Origin: an uncultured Bacilli bacterium | GTDB lineage: Bacteria > Bacillota_I > Bacilli_A > RF39 > UBA660 | Assembly: GCA_934183185.1 (NCBI GenBank) | Contig: CAKPSO010000002.1 | Coordinates: forward strand, 3,050-67,049 | Reading direction: 5' to 3' | Length of the DNA stretch: 64,000 bases | Shown here: piece after piece, positions 42,248 through 52,543 of the stretch | How the letters are laid out: each line of letters starts with the position of its first letter | Numbering within the stretch: position 1 is the first letter of the stretch | The notes under the pieces: generated by a model | Told to the model about the DNA's origin: nothing | The model's database searches: none | Seen by the model: only the letters and a program-made list of their open reading frames with translations | Translations under genes and position numbers: made by a program

Positions 42248-43780
42248 TTATTTATTTCTTGTTTTTCCGGTATATGTATAACCATTATTTAATAAGTTTT
42301 TATCTCCGTATGAACTCCATAAGTAAGTAGTTTTAGCTTCTTGAACATTAGTACATGTTTTCTCACGATAGAAATGAACATCACCATAAATTGCCTTTTC
42401 AGCTGATTTTTGAACTGTTTTAATTTCAGTTATAGTTCTATTTATATATAATGGGATTGAACGTGTTTCTACACTTGTACAAGTAGCTGTTACAGTAGCT
42501 GCAGAAGTGTGAGAAGTTCCATTACGTTTATATAAATGCCATACTGTATATGGGTGATTTGTACATGTTGCACCACATTCACCATAGTCTACCCCAACAG
42601 GTAACCATTTTGCAGTAGGGGTTGGATCTGATGGTGGATTGTATCCTCTATGTTCTTGTTTAGTATCATACCAATCACCTGTTACTTGAGTAATAGTATT
42701 TCCTGATACAACGTAATTATATCCTGTACATACTTTATAATCATGAGTGCCTACTTGAACTTGTTCAGGATAAGTAAATGTTACTTTTTCATAAACGGCT
42801 GGTTCAGTACCAATTTGTACTTTCTTAGTGCCTAAATCTTCTACTACTTTATAAATGTTATTTACTGTAGTTAAACTTTGTCCTGATTTAAGAAGTTTTG
42901 TTGACCAATTTGACCAGTTACTACAATAAGCTTCAGTATATTTTCTATATTCATATTCTTTTACTGGATTGTTACTTGGTTTTGGAGTACATTCATCTTT
43001 CCAAGTTTCAAAACTTACTTCAGTTGCATTTTTACCATAGTATTTACCATCTTTTATCTCACAAGCCTTTGGAACATCTGGAGTAACTGTTGGTGTTGGA
43101 GTTACTGTAGGTGTAGTTGTTGGCGTTGTAGTTGGTGTAGGTGTAGGTTTAACAGTTGGTGTATTAGTTGGAGTAAGTGTTGGTCTTGGGCTGTTACTTG
43201 GTTTAGGTGTTGGTTTATTAGTTAGTTTAGGTGTAGTTGAAGGTTTTTCAGTATTATTAGGTTTAGCTTCACAAATATCTGTTGAACAGTATGAGTAGCA
43301 TCCTAAATGTACTAAAATATAGTTTTCTTCTTCACTACATTTTAAGTTAACTTTCATTAGATATTCAGTATCTTTTTTCTCTAATGATACATATGATGCT
43401 GTTACATCACATGCTTTACCATTCTTATCAACAAATGGTATTAATAACTTCATGTCTAACATTTCTTGTAATGTCATTTTCTTAACATCACCTACATTTT
43501 CTGGTAATCTCTCAGTTGTATAGTAAGTGATTGCAGCATTCTTCATTTCTTGAATGTTAGCATTGAATATTTGATCCTTTAATGGGTTTAAAGCATCAAT
43601 ATATGAGTCCATTTTAGGCCATGGTACTAGCCATATAAGTAATAACACAAAGATGATAATCAAAATTAGCTTTAGTAAAAAGCTTTTTAGTAGATTTCCT
43701 TTTCTTTCTTCTGTATACATATTATAATCTCCCCCTTTGTTTATGTGCCGTATTATAGCATAAAACAAATTTTTTGTCAA
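42248..43780 (-). CDS. Signal-anchored Cys-rich extracellular protein with PT-rich linker
   Basis: N-terminal TM LLKLILIIIFVLLLIWLV, linker PTPKPSNSPRPTLTPTNTPTVKPTPTPTTTPTTTPTVTPTPTVTP, many Cys; 14-nt gap to upstream gene. Confidence 0.45.
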   Translation of the reverse strand: MTKNLFYAIIRHINKGGDYNMYTEERKGNLLKSFLLKLILIIIFVLLLIWLVPWPKMDSYIDALNPLKDQIFNANIQEMKNAAITYYTTERLPENVGDVKKMTLQEMLDMKLLIPFVDKNGKACDVTASYVSLEKKDTEYLMKVNLKCSEEENYILVHLGCYSYCSTDICEAKPNNTEKPSTTPKLTNKPTPKPSNSPRPTLTPTNTPTVKPTPTPTTTPTTTPTVTPTPTVTPDVPKACEIKDGKYYGKNATEVSFETWKDECTPKPSNNPVKEYEYRKYTEAYCSNWSNWSTKLLKSGQSLTTVNNIYKVVEDLGTKKVQIGTEPAVYEKVTFTYPEQVQVGTHDYKVCTGYNYVVSGNTITQVTGDWYDTKQEHRGYNPPSDPTPTAKWLPVGVDYGECGATCTNHPYTVWHLYKRNGTSHTSAATVTATCTSVETRSIPLYINRTITEIKTVQKSAEKAIYGDVHFYREKTCTNVQEAKTTYLWSSYGDKNLLNNGYTYTGKTRNK

Positions 43781-44031
43781 CTTTTCTTTTTGATAGTTAC
43801 TATTGTACTACCGTCGTTAAAAAAATCTAAATAATACTTTTCTACATAAGTATTATTCTTTAATACTTCATGAACTGTTTTTCTTAAAATACCCGTTCCT
43901 TTTCCATGAATTATTATTACCTTTTCATTTCCCATTTTGTAGTGATCACTAATGAATTCATTTACTAATATTCTGGTTATTTCTCTATCTAGACCATGTA
44001 AGTCTAAACTAGGTCTATTTTCATAATACAT
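43777..44031 (-). CDS. Smr-domain protein
   Basis: LDLHGL ... IIHGKGTG motifs of the Smr (small MutS-related) domain. Confidence 0.6.
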   Translation of the reverse strand: MYYENRPSLDLHGLDREITRILVNEFISDHYKMGNEKVIIIHGKGTGILRKTVHEVLKNNTYVEKYYLDFFNDGSTIVTIKKKS

Positions 44032-44938
44032 CTATTTTACTCCTAACTAGCACATCACTAAGTTCTGGCATAGAATTTTTACCACCAAGTTTCATTACTG
44101 ATAAAGCTCCAGCAATATTAGAAAGATTAAGTGTTTCTTCAAGAGAATAGCCATTACTGATAAAGTAAGTAAATGCTCCATGAAATATATCACCTGCACC
44201 AGTTGAATCTACTGGATGCTCAACTTTTAATGTAGGAATTATTTTATATATATTATCTATCTTGGCAAAAGATCCATAACCTTCTAGAGTAATTACTACT
44301 GTATTTTTAAATTCATCAGATAGTTCTTTATGAATTTCAATTAAAGTATTAATATCACTACAATCAATTTTCTTATTGGTATACTCTTCAGCAAAGTCTT
44401 TAGAACAAACTAAGTACTTAACATATTTACATAGTTCTACTATTGGTTCTTTTAAATTACCAGCATCTAACACACTTATACAGGTTGGATTATCAATTAA
44501 AACTCTTTTAGATATTTCTAATTCTTCTCCATCAACTAATATTACATCTGGTTTTATATTTAAATCAAGGTTTCTAACTCCATGATCTTTATTACGACTA
44601 ACAATAATCGTTCTAGAACCATTACTACTATTTGCAAGAATATAACTTGTAGTTGTGTTAAAATCATTAGCTGTTTCTAAGTAATCAATATTAGTACCAA
44701 TATCAGTAAACTCTTTCTTGATTCTTTCTCCATATAGATCATTACCTACTACTCCTACAAAGTAAGTATCCATTCCCCATTTGGATAAGAGGTAAGCTGC
44801 ATTTGCTGCAGCCCCACCCCCACACTCAACACCTGGTGCGATTCTCATTTTTGTATTTTCAATGGGAAATTCTGAAACAGGTAAAGTTATATCATAGGCA
44901 GCATGTCCTATACACATGTATTTTTTCATAACTACCAC
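44021..44938 (-). CDS. pfkB/ribokinase-family sugar kinase
   Basis: GG motif near N-terminus and DSTGAGDIFHGAF anion-hole motif. Confidence 0.7.
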   Translation of the reverse strand: MVVMKKYMCIGHAAYDITLPVSEFPIENTKMRIAPGVECGGGAAANAAYLLSKWGMDTYFVGVVGNDLYGERIKKEFTDIGTNIDYLETANDFNTTTSYILANSSNGSRTIIVSRNKDHGVRNLDLNIKPDVILVDGEELEISKRVLIDNPTCISVLDAGNLKEPIVELCKYVKYLVCSKDFAEEYTNKKIDCSDINTLIEIHKELSDEFKNTVVITLEGYGSFAKIDNIYKIIPTLKVEHPVDSTGAGDIFHGAFTYFISNGYSLEETLNLSNIAGALSVMKLGGKNSMPELSDVLVRSKIDVL

Positions 44939-45003
44939 CTACTTAAGTATAACAAATTATAGACTATCATGGAAGAATAATCTTTAAATTATTTATATTT
45001 TTT

Positions 45004-46755
45004 CTAGAAATACCAGCTGCTTAGCCATTTAAGACTATCAATATAGTCACTATTAGTAAGCATTCCTGATATTACTGGATAGAAACAAATAAACATTAAT
45101 ATTACAATAGCTACATAGAATAAGTAAACACTATTATTTTTGATTTTTTCAGTTATCCATTTAATGAAAGCTGTTATAGCTAACATAACAAATGGTAAAG
45201 TTGGGAAATAATGATACATAAACATAACTCTTCCAATAAATAAATATGGTAACCAACTACATAGTATAAATACTAGGATAAAAGCATATTCTCTTTTTTT
45301 CTTTAGAATAGTCATGATTAATACAAAGATACTTGCAAGTATTCCAAACCACCAAATAGCTGGATTACCAATACCTACGATAGTAGATTTAATATTTCCA
45401 CCGTGATATCCTACATAATACCAAACTGGTTTATACATAATTGGCCATGTATACCATTTAGAAGAAAAATCATGAGTAGCAGTTAATTTAGAATGATATT
45501 CATACATATTTTTAGTTTGTTCTATTAGGCCACTAATACCTGATACTTTACCAGGATAAATAGTTGGGAATAATAAGTATGCTAGTGTATAAATTACGAT
45601 AGGCATTACTACAAAGAATAGTATGCAAGCAAGAATTATTTTACCTAAATCTTTTTCTTTTCTACCTCTTCTATTTTGAAGAATAATATGAGTAAAGAAC
45701 ACAATAGCTAGTCCTAATCCAATGTATAATCCAGTCCATTTAGTAGCTATAGCACATCCTATAAATAAGCCTGATAGGAATAGATTTAATAATTTTTTGC
45801 TTAGTCTTTCTCTCTTATCCATAACGATATATTTATACATAAATAGTACTGATAACATCATGAATAATACTAAGAAGCTATCTACAGTTCCCATTCTGGT
45901 TTGTGCAAAATGGAAACAATCAAATGTCATAAGTAATGCTGCAAGTATAGCCCATTTTCTATTTTTGAAAATGTTTTTAGCTAATGAATAGATAACAGGT
46001 ATCATTAATATACCAGCAATATTACCCATTAGACGGTAAGCAAATGTACACATTCCAAATAACATAATTGGAAGAGTCATAAGTAATTTACCAAGTGGTG
46101 GATGAACCCATTCATTAGTTGGAATACCATGAATATATTCATAGGCACTTCTAGCAAAATAAACTTCATCAAAGTAAGCACTATTTTTATAGCTTATTGT
46201 TGCTGGAACAGTGTTTGCTTCATCTATTACTACTTTACTTTGATCATCATTAGCTATAGCAGTTATTTTTTCACCATATTTATCATATAGTTGAATTTCT
46301 CCTATAACGCTTCCTTTATCTTTAGCAACAAATTTAATATATTTACCTGTAGTATCTATATTAAAATCATTCCAAGAGAATACCATATTTTGTTCTATGG
46401 TTGTTAGATAGTCATAATTTTCTCCATCGTTAGATGCAAATATATCATAACTACCTACTTCATAACCAGAGTAGATTCTTGCAAGTCCTACTTCTTGGTT
46501 AGGTTTTTGTAATTCTAGGCCAATTTCTTCTCCAGAATATTGGAATTCATAAAAAGTTTGTGGATTTTTAAGAGTTCCTAAATCTTTAAAAGATAAAATA
46601 GCATAGAATAATACGAATACTGCAATTATTATCCAGTCTGTCTTTTTAAGTTTACGATCATCATCACGAAGATATGATTTCACTTTAGAAAACCAAGTCG
46701 TTTTCTGTTTGTTTTCTTTTGTTTCTTTTTTCTTTTTCATATGACTATGATTCAA
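45004..46755 (-). CDS. GT39 (PMT/ArnT-like) protein O-mannosyltransferase-like membrane glycosyltransferase with inserted N-terminal discoidin-like domain
   Basis: YFDEVYFARSAYEYI DE motif and HPPLGKLLM, more than 10 TM helices; ~140-aa soluble domain between TM1 and the DE motif. Confidence 0.65.
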   Translation of the reverse strand: MNHSHMKKKKETKENKQKTTWFSKVKSYLRDDDRKLKKTDWIIIAVFVLFYAILSFKDLGTLKNPQTFYEFQYSGEEIGLELQKPNQEVGLARIYSGYEVGSYDIFASNDGENYDYLTTIEQNMVFSWNDFNIDTTGKYIKFVAKDKGSVIGEIQLYDKYGEKITAIANDDQSKVVIDEANTVPATISYKNSAYFDEVYFARSAYEYIHGIPTNEWVHPPLGKLLMTLPIMLFGMCTFAYRLMGNIAGILMIPVIYSLAKNIFKNRKWAILAALLMTFDCFHFAQTRMGTVDSFLVLFMMLSVLFMYKYIVMDKRERLSKKLLNLFLSGLFIGCAIATKWTGLYIGLGLAIVFFTHIILQNRRGRKEKDLGKIILACILFFVVMPIVIYTLAYLLFPTIYPGKVSGISGLIEQTKNMYEYHSKLTATHDFSSKWYTWPIMYKPVWYYVGYHGGNIKSTIVGIGNPAIWWFGILASIFVLIMTILKKKREYAFILVFILCSWLPYLFIGRVMFMYHYFPTLPFVMLAITAFIKWITEKIKNNSVYLFYVAIVILMFICFYPVISGMLTNSDYIDSLKWLSSWYF

Positions 46756-46942
46756 TTATGAATCATTCCTCCTTTTCTTTTATATTACATCTATATAAAT
46801 TTTATAAATGCCTGAAATTCGTGGCCGCGGCTTTTCATAAAAGGAGAAAAGCTATAGCCTCATATATCAATATTTTTTTAATTAATGATTTATACTTTTC
46901 TCCAATTCCTGTTTACGCGAGTGTTAACGGCACATTCGGTGC

Positions 46943-48871
46943 CTACGGAGCAAGCACTACACGAAAAGAATTGTACGTGTCCACATCGCCTGGACCGAAG
47001 CCGAATGCAAATGCACCAGATTCAGTGGCATTGTACCAATAGCCCCCGCGTACGAACCAAGGAAAATAAAAATCAGCAAAGAGAGCGAGATCTCCATACC
47101 AACTTGATTTTTGCCTAGTTGTACCATCTGGATCTTTTTCACTTCCAAATGGGCCCATCTCTCCAGTTGCATCTCCTAAAATTCTATTATTATATTGTGT
47201 TTTAGAAATTGATGTATATTTATCCCAATATTTTGTATAAGTACTATTAGTAAAGAAGTCTTGATATATACTAGTTATTTCGCTTTTTCCCCCTACTGTT
47301 GTTGCACCAGTAGTATAGCCTGCTACATATTCCCAGGCACCTCCTGCCATATCATAAATTCCACTTCTATTTCCTGTAGTTGATGCTACACCTGAGTTAG
47401 CATTTAAATAATTTACAGTATAGGTTCCATCTACTCCTAAAGAAGTTGATTCATGTCTATTAGTATCGGTACTTGAACTAGTTGGACCAGTTGTTGGCTC
47501 AGTAGTTGATGCATAACCGGTAATATATGCTTCATTATTATTTATTCTGATACTAGCTTTACTACCATATACTGAATGTTGTAAGTATGCTACCGCTCCC
47601 CACTCTGTATTCTTCATCATATGTGAATCTAAATTTCTTTGATAATCATAACTATTTTTAAAAGCATTACCTACAGTTATATTTCGCCAACTATATACAT
47701 TTGGTTTTATTATTATCTTACTTGTATCTACACTGTTTACTTGGGCGGCACTAGTACTTGTAGCTTTATCATATCCAGTTTCAAACTTTCCTACCCAGAA
47801 ACCATTTGAATCAAAACTAGTAAATGCTGGATGAGTTAACCATGAGTCCTTAGTAGTTCCATTTGATGGAGTTGTATCTTTATTCTCAAATACTACATTT
47901 ATGGTTTGAACTTTGTTTTCGATACTAGTTAGGCTTGTATAATTACCTTCATCAAATATTTGGTATTTGAACCTAGGTATCCATACAAAGTATGACTCAA
48001 TATTATCTTCTGGTATTGTTTCTCCATTATTATAAGTTTTTGTTTCATCTTTTAATATTATGGCATTGGCCCATTCTTTATTTTCATACTTGTACCATTC
48101 TTTACTTATGTCTGCCTTAGTTACTGTTCCATCACCAGCTATTTTTATTGGTATTAAATTACCCTTTAATACTGGGTCTGTTCCATTTAATATTGTTTCT
48201 TTATATGCAGTTGTTTCTTTTTCTATATCCACATTTGAATATACATTTACTGTTGCTTTAAACGTTTTATCATTATATGGATATACTTGATTACCACTAT
48301 TATCTTTTGTTGGTGAAAAGTCTGTAGCCTCATCTATCCATATTCTTAATCTAAAACTCTTTTCATAATTAGTAGTATTTGCTTTTATTGTTGATTGGTA
48401 TAAAGTCTTTTCTATATTACCATTTACTTCTACCTTTGTATCAGCTAATTGATTATACTTAGTTGGTGCTACTAATACTCTTTCCGTTGTATCTGTAGTA
48501 TCAGTTAAATATACTTTTACTACACTAGAATCTAGTGTTGAATCGCTACTCTTTCTTAATGTTACTTCATATGGCATAATAGTATCTCCAGTATTTGTTG
48601 CCTGTACTTTAAAATCAAAAATATTATTATTACCTTCTAATAGTTTTCCTTGACTATCTGATATTGGAAAGGCATTAGTCATAGTTATACCATTTCCTCC
48701 ACCACTATTTTCTGTATATATAAATTTTAATGTTCCTGTAGTTACTGTATTATCTGTAGTTCCTAATTTTGTATAAGTAAATACTGCATAAGTTACTCCC
48801 GTAGTTATTAATAGTAGGCTAGCTATTCCAAGTAAAGATACTATTATTTGTCTACTCTTATTACTCATCAT
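46943..48871 (-). CDS. TasA/camelysin-like secreted protein (SipW-cognate signal) with C-terminal FGE-sulfatase-like domain
   Basis: N-terminus LLLITTGVTYAVFTYTKLGTTDNTVTTGTLKF matches GxTxAxF(S/T)D...GTL pattern of TasA/CalY; C-terminal GIYDMAGGAWEY and RGGYW...FRVV resemble FGE-sulfatase fold. Confidence 0.6.
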   Translation of the reverse strand: MMSNKSRQIIVSLLGIASLLLITTGVTYAVFTYTKLGTTDNTVTTGTLKFIYTENSGGGNGITMTNAFPISDSQGKLLEGNNNIFDFKVQATNTGDTIMPYEVTLRKSSDSTLDSSVVKVYLTDTTDTTERVLVAPTKYNQLADTKVEVNGNIEKTLYQSTIKANTTNYEKSFRLRIWIDEATDFSPTKDNSGNQVYPYNDKTFKATVNVYSNVDIEKETTAYKETILNGTDPVLKGNLIPIKIAGDGTVTKADISKEWYKYENKEWANAIILKDETKTYNNGETIPEDNIESYFVWIPRFKYQIFDEGNYTSLTSIENKVQTINVVFENKDTTPSNGTTKDSWLTHPAFTSFDSNGFWVGKFETGYDKATSTSAAQVNSVDTSKIIIKPNVYSWRNITVGNAFKNSYDYQRNLDSHMMKNTEWGAVAYLQHSVYGSKASIRINNNEAYITGYASTTEPTTGPTSSSTDTNRHESTSLGVDGTYTVNYLNANSGVASTTGNRSGIYDMAGGAWEYVAGYTTGATTVGGKSEITSIYQDFFTNSTYTKYWDKYTSISKTQYNNRILGDATGEMGPFGSEKDPDGTTRQKSSWYGDLALFADFYFPWFVRGGYWYNATESGAFAFGFGPGDVDTYNSFRVVLAP

Positions 48872-48944
48872 ATCACTCCCGTTTATTATTACTACTTTAG
48901 TCTACCATAATTTATTTACTTTATCAATTGTATTACTTAATAAA

Positions 48945-48981
48945 ATTTAAAAAAAGAGTTTTACATACTAGTAAAACTCTT
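48945..48981 (-). terminator. Rho-independent terminator after ABC permease gene
   Basis: Minus strand AAGAGUUUUAC-UAGUAU-GUAAAACUCUU plus UUUUUUU. Confidence 0.6.
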
Positions 48982-48987
48982 AATTAG

Positions 48988-50310
48988 TTATTTACTTTTT
49001 GCAGCTTTGAATAACCTATGCCACATCTTATCAGTAGAATAATTTAAAATACCTACTTTATATATTCTTAAACCATACTTAATAGCTATAAAAATAAATA
49101 CTATTAGGGCTATAATTGATATTAAAACATCTATTACTGTTATTTGGCCTATTACTAATAAAGCTGGTGCTAATAAACAAGATATAAATGGTAAATAAGA
49201 TAATATTCTAATAATAGTAGAGCCCTCAAACATACCTGCCATAATAGCTAAGTAGTATGATAATAAACATACTAGCATGATTGGCGTTTGTATTTGTTGA
49301 AAATCCTCTACATTTACAGTCATAGATGCTAATATTCCAGCAACTAATGAATATGCTAAGAAAGATAAAACCATTAGTATTAAAGTAAGTGGTATAATAT
49401 AATACATTTTATCCATTAAACCACTAGTTGATAGAGTCTGCCATACTTCTCCTATACTATCAGTAATACTATTAGCACTACTAGTTATACCTATACTATT
49501 TCTTATTAATAATCCAATAAACGCATATAAGAATAATAATATTCCTTGACCTATAACGAATATATTAGAAGCTAATATCTTAGAAAAGAAATGAGTTTTG
49601 GGGCTTACATTAGATATAATTATTTCCATACTTCTAGTAGATTTTTCTTCATTTATTTCAGAACCTAACATCTGTACTAAAAATACTACTAACATAAAGA
49701 AAGGTAAGATTACAGTTGGAAATACTGTACCCATTATCATAGCCATACTTTCTTCTTCACTCTTAGCTTCTTCATCTAATATAACTCTATCTATAGGTAT
49801 AGATGAAGTGATTCTATTTAATTCACTAAAGTCAATAGTAGTTAAATTCATAGCTACCTCTGTTTTAGTAGATGTTAGTGCCTGTACTAAAGTTTGATAA
49901 TACATAGTATCTATCTTCTCTTTTGACATAATAGTAGCTTTAATATAAGCACTGTCATCTTCATCAAAGATGATTGCTATCTTATTGGAATCATTTATTT
50001 CTTTCTTCAAATCTTCTTCACTTTTAGTAGTTATTTCTACTTTAGTTTTATAATCATTTCCTAAAAGTGTATTAGTACTATTTAAATTCTTTTCAAATAT
50101 ATCGCCTACTAAATTAGATTTATCTAATACAATTACATTTACTGTATCATTAAAATCTCCACCAAAAAAGTGTATGATATTATCCATATTTATTAAACAA
50201 GTTATTACGATTAATAGAATAATATTAGCTATTAAAAACCATTTAGTTTTTACCTTTTTCTTTAGTGATACTCCTACTAAATACCAAAATTTACTATTCA
50301 TACTTCTCAC
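48988..50310 (-). CDS. ABC-2 type transporter permease
   Basis: N-terminal TM, large extracytoplasmic loop, five C-terminal TM helices; overlaps ATPase gene. Confidence 0.6.
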   Translation of the reverse strand: MRSMNSKFWYLVGVSLKKKVKTKWFLIANIILLIVITCLINMDNIIHFFGGDFNDTVNVIVLDKSNLVGDIFEKNLNSTNTLLGNDYKTKVEITTKSEEDLKKEINDSNKIAIIFDEDDSAYIKATIMSKEKIDTMYYQTLVQALTSTKTEVAMNLTTIDFSELNRITSSIPIDRVILDEEAKSEEESMAMIMGTVFPTVILPFFMLVVFLVQMLGSEINEEKSTRSMEIIISNVSPKTHFFSKILASNIFVIGQGILLFLYAFIGLLIRNSIGITSSANSITDSIGEVWQTLSTSGLMDKMYYIIPLTLILMVLSFLAYSLVAGILASMTVNVEDFQQIQTPIMLVCLLSYYLAIMAGMFEGSTIIRILSYLPFISCLLAPALLVIGQITVIDVLISIIALIVFIFIAIKYGLRIYKVGILNYSTDKMWHRLFKAAKSK

Positions 50311-51223
50311 CTACTTTAGAGATAAATATTTCGTTTAGAGTTGGTTCTTCTACCACAAACTTAGTTATCTTATTCTTAGAAATAGATTCAAATACAGAGT
50401 CAACAACTTCTTCATCTTTAATTTTAACTTCGTATTCATTAGCTAATTTTTCTACTTTTATTACACCGTCTATTGATTTTATTTTTTCTATATCAATATC
50501 ACCTATAATATGGATATTCTTTTTACGATATTCTTTCTTAATATCTTTTAAATACCCTTCTAATACTACTTTACCTTTTACTAGAATTATTAATTTTTCA
50601 CAAAACATTTCTATATGTTCCATTTGATGTGATGAAAAGATAATAGAGCATCCTTTTTTCTGTAGTTCATAGATTGCTTGTTTAAACATTTCTACATTTA
50701 TTGGATCTAAGCCAGTAAATGGTTCATCTAATATTAATAGTTTTGGTTCATTTATTACTGCTGAAATAAACTGTATTTTCTGTTGATTACCTTTAGATAA
50801 TTCTTTTATTTTTCTATTTTTATATTCTTCTATTTTGAACTTTTTTAACCATTCATCAAGTCTTTCTAATACTACCTCTTCTCTCATACCTTTTAATATG
50901 CCATAATATACTATCTGATCTTTTACAGTCATTTTAGTAAGTAGGCTTCTTTCTTCAGTAACGAAACCAATTTTATCAGTAACAGTATAATCTATTTTTT
51001 TATCATCTAAAGTTACTGTACCATTATCTGCTTCTAACAAGCCCATAATAATACGAAAGGTAGTAGTTTTACCTGCACCATTAGCTCCTAATAATCCAAA
51101 TATTTCCCCATCTTTAACGGTAAATGATAAATTATCTACAGCTAAGTTACTTCCATATGATTTTGAGATATTTTTTACTTTTAGCATTTTGTCACCCCAC
51201 AATATAAAACATTGCTTAAGCAA
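50294..51223 (-). CDS. ABC transporter ATP-binding protein
   Basis: Walker A GANGAGKTT, signature LSKGNQQK, Walker B LLILDEPF. Confidence 0.85.
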   Translation of the reverse strand: MLKQCFILWGDKMLKVKNISKSYGSNLAVDNLSFTVKDGEIFGLLGANGAGKTTTFRIIMGLLEADNGTVTLDDKKIDYTVTDKIGFVTEERSLLTKMTVKDQIVYYGILKGMREEVVLERLDEWLKKFKIEEYKNRKIKELSKGNQQKIQFISAVINEPKLLILDEPFTGLDPINVEMFKQAIYELQKKGCSIIFSSHQMEHIEMFCEKLIILVKGKVVLEGYLKDIKKEYRKKNIHIIGDIDIEKIKSIDGVIKVEKLANEYEVKIKDEEVVDSVFESISKNKITKFVVEEPTLNEIFISKVGEKYE

Positions 51224-51232
51224 TGTTTACTT

Positions 51233-51709
51233 TTACTTACAAGTTGCTCCTATACTTTCGTATACAGCTTGAATATCAGCAAGTTTAACCTTACCATCTT
51301 TGATTAAACTACTATTATTACTGTCAATTTCAATTAACTTATCTGTATCAATTTTACTGTAATCAATAGTTACTACACTAGTCATTGTGTCATCTTTTAC
51401 TGTTACATCATAATCATAATATTTAACATCTTTGTATGGTGAATATATTGATTCTACTTGGGTTTTATAGGCTTCTAAATATGATTCTTGGTTGCTGATA
51501 ACTTTTTCTGTTGATTTTACAGTAGTAACATAATCTCCTTTATAGTTTACTTCATAACGTAAGTCAGCTTTAACACCATCTGTGATAGTAGTTGTGTTAG
51601 TACATGTTAGTTTTTTCTCACTTTCGTTAGATTTTGATTCACATCCAGCTAATGTGAATACTCCTACAGTAATTAGTAATAAACTTAAAAATTTTTTCAT
51701 TCCTCTCAC
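51233..51709 (-). CDS. Lipoprotein
   Basis: Signal peptide with lipobox LAGC (MKKFLSLLLITVGVFTLAGCES). Confidence 0.6.
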   Translation of the reverse strand: MRGMKKFLSLLLITVGVFTLAGCESKSNESEKKLTCTNTTTITDGVKADLRYEVNYKGDYVTTVKSTEKVISNQESYLEAYKTQVESIYSPYKDVKYYDYDVTVKDDTMTSVVTIDYSKIDTDKLIEIDSNNSSLIKDGKVKLADIQAVYESIGATCK

Positions 51710-51835
51710 CTTTCTTTTTTAAGCTTTTTTTGCTTATCTTGATGCATTACTATTTAATTCTATCATACTATTTTATGTTTGATAAGACTAATTTTTGGTA
51801 AAAAGAAAAAAGATACTCATTACTTGAGTATCCAT

Positions 51836-52171
51836 CTATATTTCTAGGTCTGATAGCTTAGTTTGAAAGCAATTAAGTTTTTCCTCAATTTTACTATCAG
51901 GTGCTTTTTCTAGGGTATACCAACCATTTTTAAACATCAGGTTGTATATGTCACGTGCCATATCTTTAGTATCTTCAAACATTGAAAAATAATTTTCATA
52001 TAAATCATCATTACTAGCTTCACTTAGAGCTATAGAATAATCGTTAGATAAATTTTTTTCTAATTCTAAGATGCTGTTTAAATAATCTCTATCATTCATT
52101 TCAATACCTGTAGGTACTTCTGTTTTTCTATTTCCCACTTTATTCTCCTTCATCATATTCCTCCTCATCAT
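51836..52171 (-). CDS. Spore coat protein F (Coat_F domain)-like protein
   Basis: DYLNSILELEKNLSNDYSIALSEASN...MFKNGWY pattern. Confidence 0.45.
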   Translation of the reverse strand: MMRRNMMKENKVGNRKTEVPTGIEMNDRDYLNSILELEKNLSNDYSIALSEASNDDLYENYFSMFEDTKDMARDIYNLMFKNGWYTLEKAPDSKIEEKLNCFQTKLSDLEI

Positions 52172-52391
52172 ATTCTACTTCTAAATAGGCATCACCATTT
52201 AAAATTGAAACCAAATATAATAAGTGATTATAGTGCATATTTTGTGCACTTTCTAGTAGTTCTTTTATTTCAGGCTGTTTGATATTAGATATATAACTGT
52301 TTATTTGCTTATATGCTGTATAATTCCATTCAAACATATCAGAAATATAAGATAAATCTTTAGTTGATATCATTTGTGGTACTGTATCCAT
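52140..52391 (-). CDS. Small Coat_F-like protein
   Basis: ISTKDLSYISDMFEWNYTAYKQ...LESAQNMHYNHL pattern; overlaps downstream gene. Confidence 0.35.
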   Translation of the reverse strand: MDTVPQMISTKDLSYISDMFEWNYTAYKQINSYISNIKQPEIKELLESAQNMHYNHLLYLVSILNGDAYLEVEYDEEEYDEGE

Positions 52392-52543
52392 AATTTTTTT
52401 CCTCCCAATATTATATTGAGATAATTTGGTTACTATTATTCACAATTTATTTATTATTTTAAATATATAGATAAACTCAAAAAAATAACTGAATTTATTA
52501 TTTTTAATAAATCAGTTATTCAACTATTGGTTAGATTTAATTT

